Below are positions 24,615 to 25,833 of a stretch of DNA of 25,833 nucleotides, piece after piece. The notes below the pieces were generated by a model that was not told the DNA's origin, did no database searches, and worked only from the letters and a program-made list of their open reading frames with translations. The DNA is from Candidatus Bipolaricaulia bacterium (GTDB lineage Bacteria > Bipolaricaulota > Bipolaricaulia > JBHIAT01): contig JBHIAT010000034.1 in NCBI GenBank assembly GCA_046758705.1, forward strand, positions 1-25,833, given 5' to 3'. Within the stretch, counting starts at the first letter, position 1, and each line of letters starts with the position of its first letter. Both the position numbers and the translations under genes were made by a program.

Positions 24615-25778
24615 TATAAAAACCGGGAAGGAGAAAGCAATTTGACATGGTCGGCCCATAGCGAACAGAATGACCCGGTGATTCTCTATGAATGTCTATA
24701 CCATTGAGTCCCTTAGCGAGGCAGAGGTTGCTGAGCTGGAAGACCGCTACCACCACCATCCCAAGCGGCGCGTCCGCCAGCGCGCTCACATGGTCCTCCT
24801 GTCTCATCAAGGCTTCTCCCTCGGTGAGATCGCCCAGATCGTCCGGGTCACGCGTCAAACGGTGAGCAAGACCATCCATGGTTACGAAGAAGAGGGCGCG
24901 AAGGCTCTGGAGGATCCGGAGCTGCCCGGACGGCCTCCCATCCTCAATGAATCGCAGCAACAGCAGGTGGCGCAGTGGTTGGACCAGACGCCTCGGGATC
25001 TGGGCTATCAGCAGAGCAACTGGACGGTCAAGTTGTTGCGCTATCACATCCAACAGACGTTTGGCCAAGCACCCTGTTGGGAACAGGTGCGGGTGTTGGT
25101 CAAAAAGCTGGGTTTTAGTTTGGTCCGCCCCACGCACGCGTCGCGGGAGGCGGACGAAACCGAAAAGCGCTGGGCGAAGGCGATCCTGGGGGAGCTGGAA
25201 GCGCTGGCACGGCAGGGGTGGATTCGACTGTTCTATGAAGATGAAACCGAGTTGAGTCGGTTTCCGACCCTGACGCGGGTGTGGACGCGCACCGGTCACC
25301 AGAAGACCATCCCCACCGACGATGATCACCGCAGTTTCTGGGTCTATGGCGTGTTCGACCCGATCAGCGGCCAGACGCACTACCGGCTCCATCCGAAGCT
25401 TGAGAGCGCAGGATTCTGGCCGTTTGTGACCCAACTGAAGCGGCGGTATGCCGAGGAGATGACGGAGCGACCGCTGGTGATCGTGCTGGACAATGCCAGT
25501 GCCCATGGTTACAAGGGTCGACATGGTTTGGTCAAAGTGGCGGACGGGCTGTATTTCTACTTTCTGCCGCCGTATTGTCCGAGATTGAACCGAGCGGAGC
25601 GGCCGTGGAAGGAGCTGAGGAAGCGCGTGACGCACAACTTTCTGTTTGAGTGCCTGGAAGCCCTGAAGGAAGCGGCGCGACGTACGATGATGTACTTGCA
25701 GGTGATGAAGTGGCGCGTGGTCTCGATCATGGGGGTCGTTGAACCAGTCAGGTGTTGAATTCATTCTCGGTGAGTATA
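24615..25778 (+). mobile_element. IS630-family insertion sequence
   Basis: Imperfect terminal IRs TATAAAAACCGGGAAGGA / TATACTCACCGAGAATGA, flanked by TA at 24613-24614 and 25779-25780 in a C-TA-G context. Confidence 0.85.
24688..25758 (+). CDS. IS630-family DDE transposase
   Basis: N-terminal HTH (RAHMVLL...EIAQIV.VTRQTV, PGRPP, WT..LL); DDE motifs FYEDET, IVLDNASAH, FLPPYCPRLNRAERPW; single uninterrupted frame. Confidence 0.95.
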   Translation: MNVYTIESLSEAEVAELEDRYHHHPKRRVRQRAHMVLLSHQGFSLGEIAQIVRVTRQTVSKTIHGYEEEGAKALEDPELPGRPPILNESQQQQVAQWLDQTPRDLGYQQSNWTVKLLRYHIQQTFGQAPCWEQVRVLVKKLGFSLVRPTHASREADETEKRWAKAILGELEALARQGWIRLFYEDETELSRFPTLTRVWTRTGHQKTIPTDDDHRSFWVYGVFDPISGQTHYRLHPKLESAGFWPFVTQLKRRYAEEMTERPLVIVLDNASAHGYKGRHGLVKVADGLYFYFLPPYCPRLNRAERPWKELRKRVTHNFLFECLEALKEAARRTMMYLQVMKWRVVSIMGVVEPVRC

Positions 25779-25833
25779 TAGCACGGCCGCCATCTGCACC
25801 ACCCGATCTTTGATCGTCGGAATGCCTAACGGC
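25779..25833 (-). pseudogene. ltrA: Group II intron reverse transcriptase fragment truncated by IS630
   Basis: Minus strand 25832-25779 translates PLGIPTIKDRVVQMAAVL, the hallmark RT1-2 motif of group II intron IEPs. It stops at the IS630 TA and does not resume on the other side. Confidence 0.85.

Noticed and set aside
24427-25764. 445-aa minus-strand ORF
   Set aside because: Antisense to the IS630 transposase and runs into intron RNA; no RT or other motifs.

Overview
The window is a GC-moderate bacterial region; a Chloroflexota-like host is only a guess from protein style. It has three parts. (1) 1-4170, minus strand: three tandem paralogous PAS-GAF proteins with no enzymatic output domain, all ending in one conserved tail (ELRIEIDExKKxRxVAxITxTxYFQQLK). 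The start of a probable MinD/ParA gene follows at the left edge, and a collapsed mini-copy of the large membrane gene from the other end of the operon precedes them. (2) 4332-23595, plus strand: one tightly packed 22-gene operon behind a consensus sigma70 promoter overlapped by three repeated operator-like boxes. It encodes two DJ-1/PfpI proteins, a ThDP enzyme, eight NTF2/SnoaL-fold proteins, a tautomerase, an aldo-keto reductase, an atypical GMC oxidoreductase, a VOC protein and an AGE-family protein. These are followed by a Synechocystis icfG-like partner-switching block (STAS, glgX, STAS, RsbW-like kinase, sensor-less PP2C) and a 975-aa permease carrying an inserted winged-helix domain. 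(3) 23633-25833: a decayed HAMP gene with the same tail, an ORF-less group II intron apparently nested in a second intron, an intact IS630, and a truncated intron reverse transcriptase. The best candidate for an undescribed system is the orphan PAS-GAF/HAMP-tail sensors, sensor-less PP2C partner switch and glycogen-linked small-carbonyl chemistry operon taken together. All family calls come from reading motifs by eye; no searches were run.
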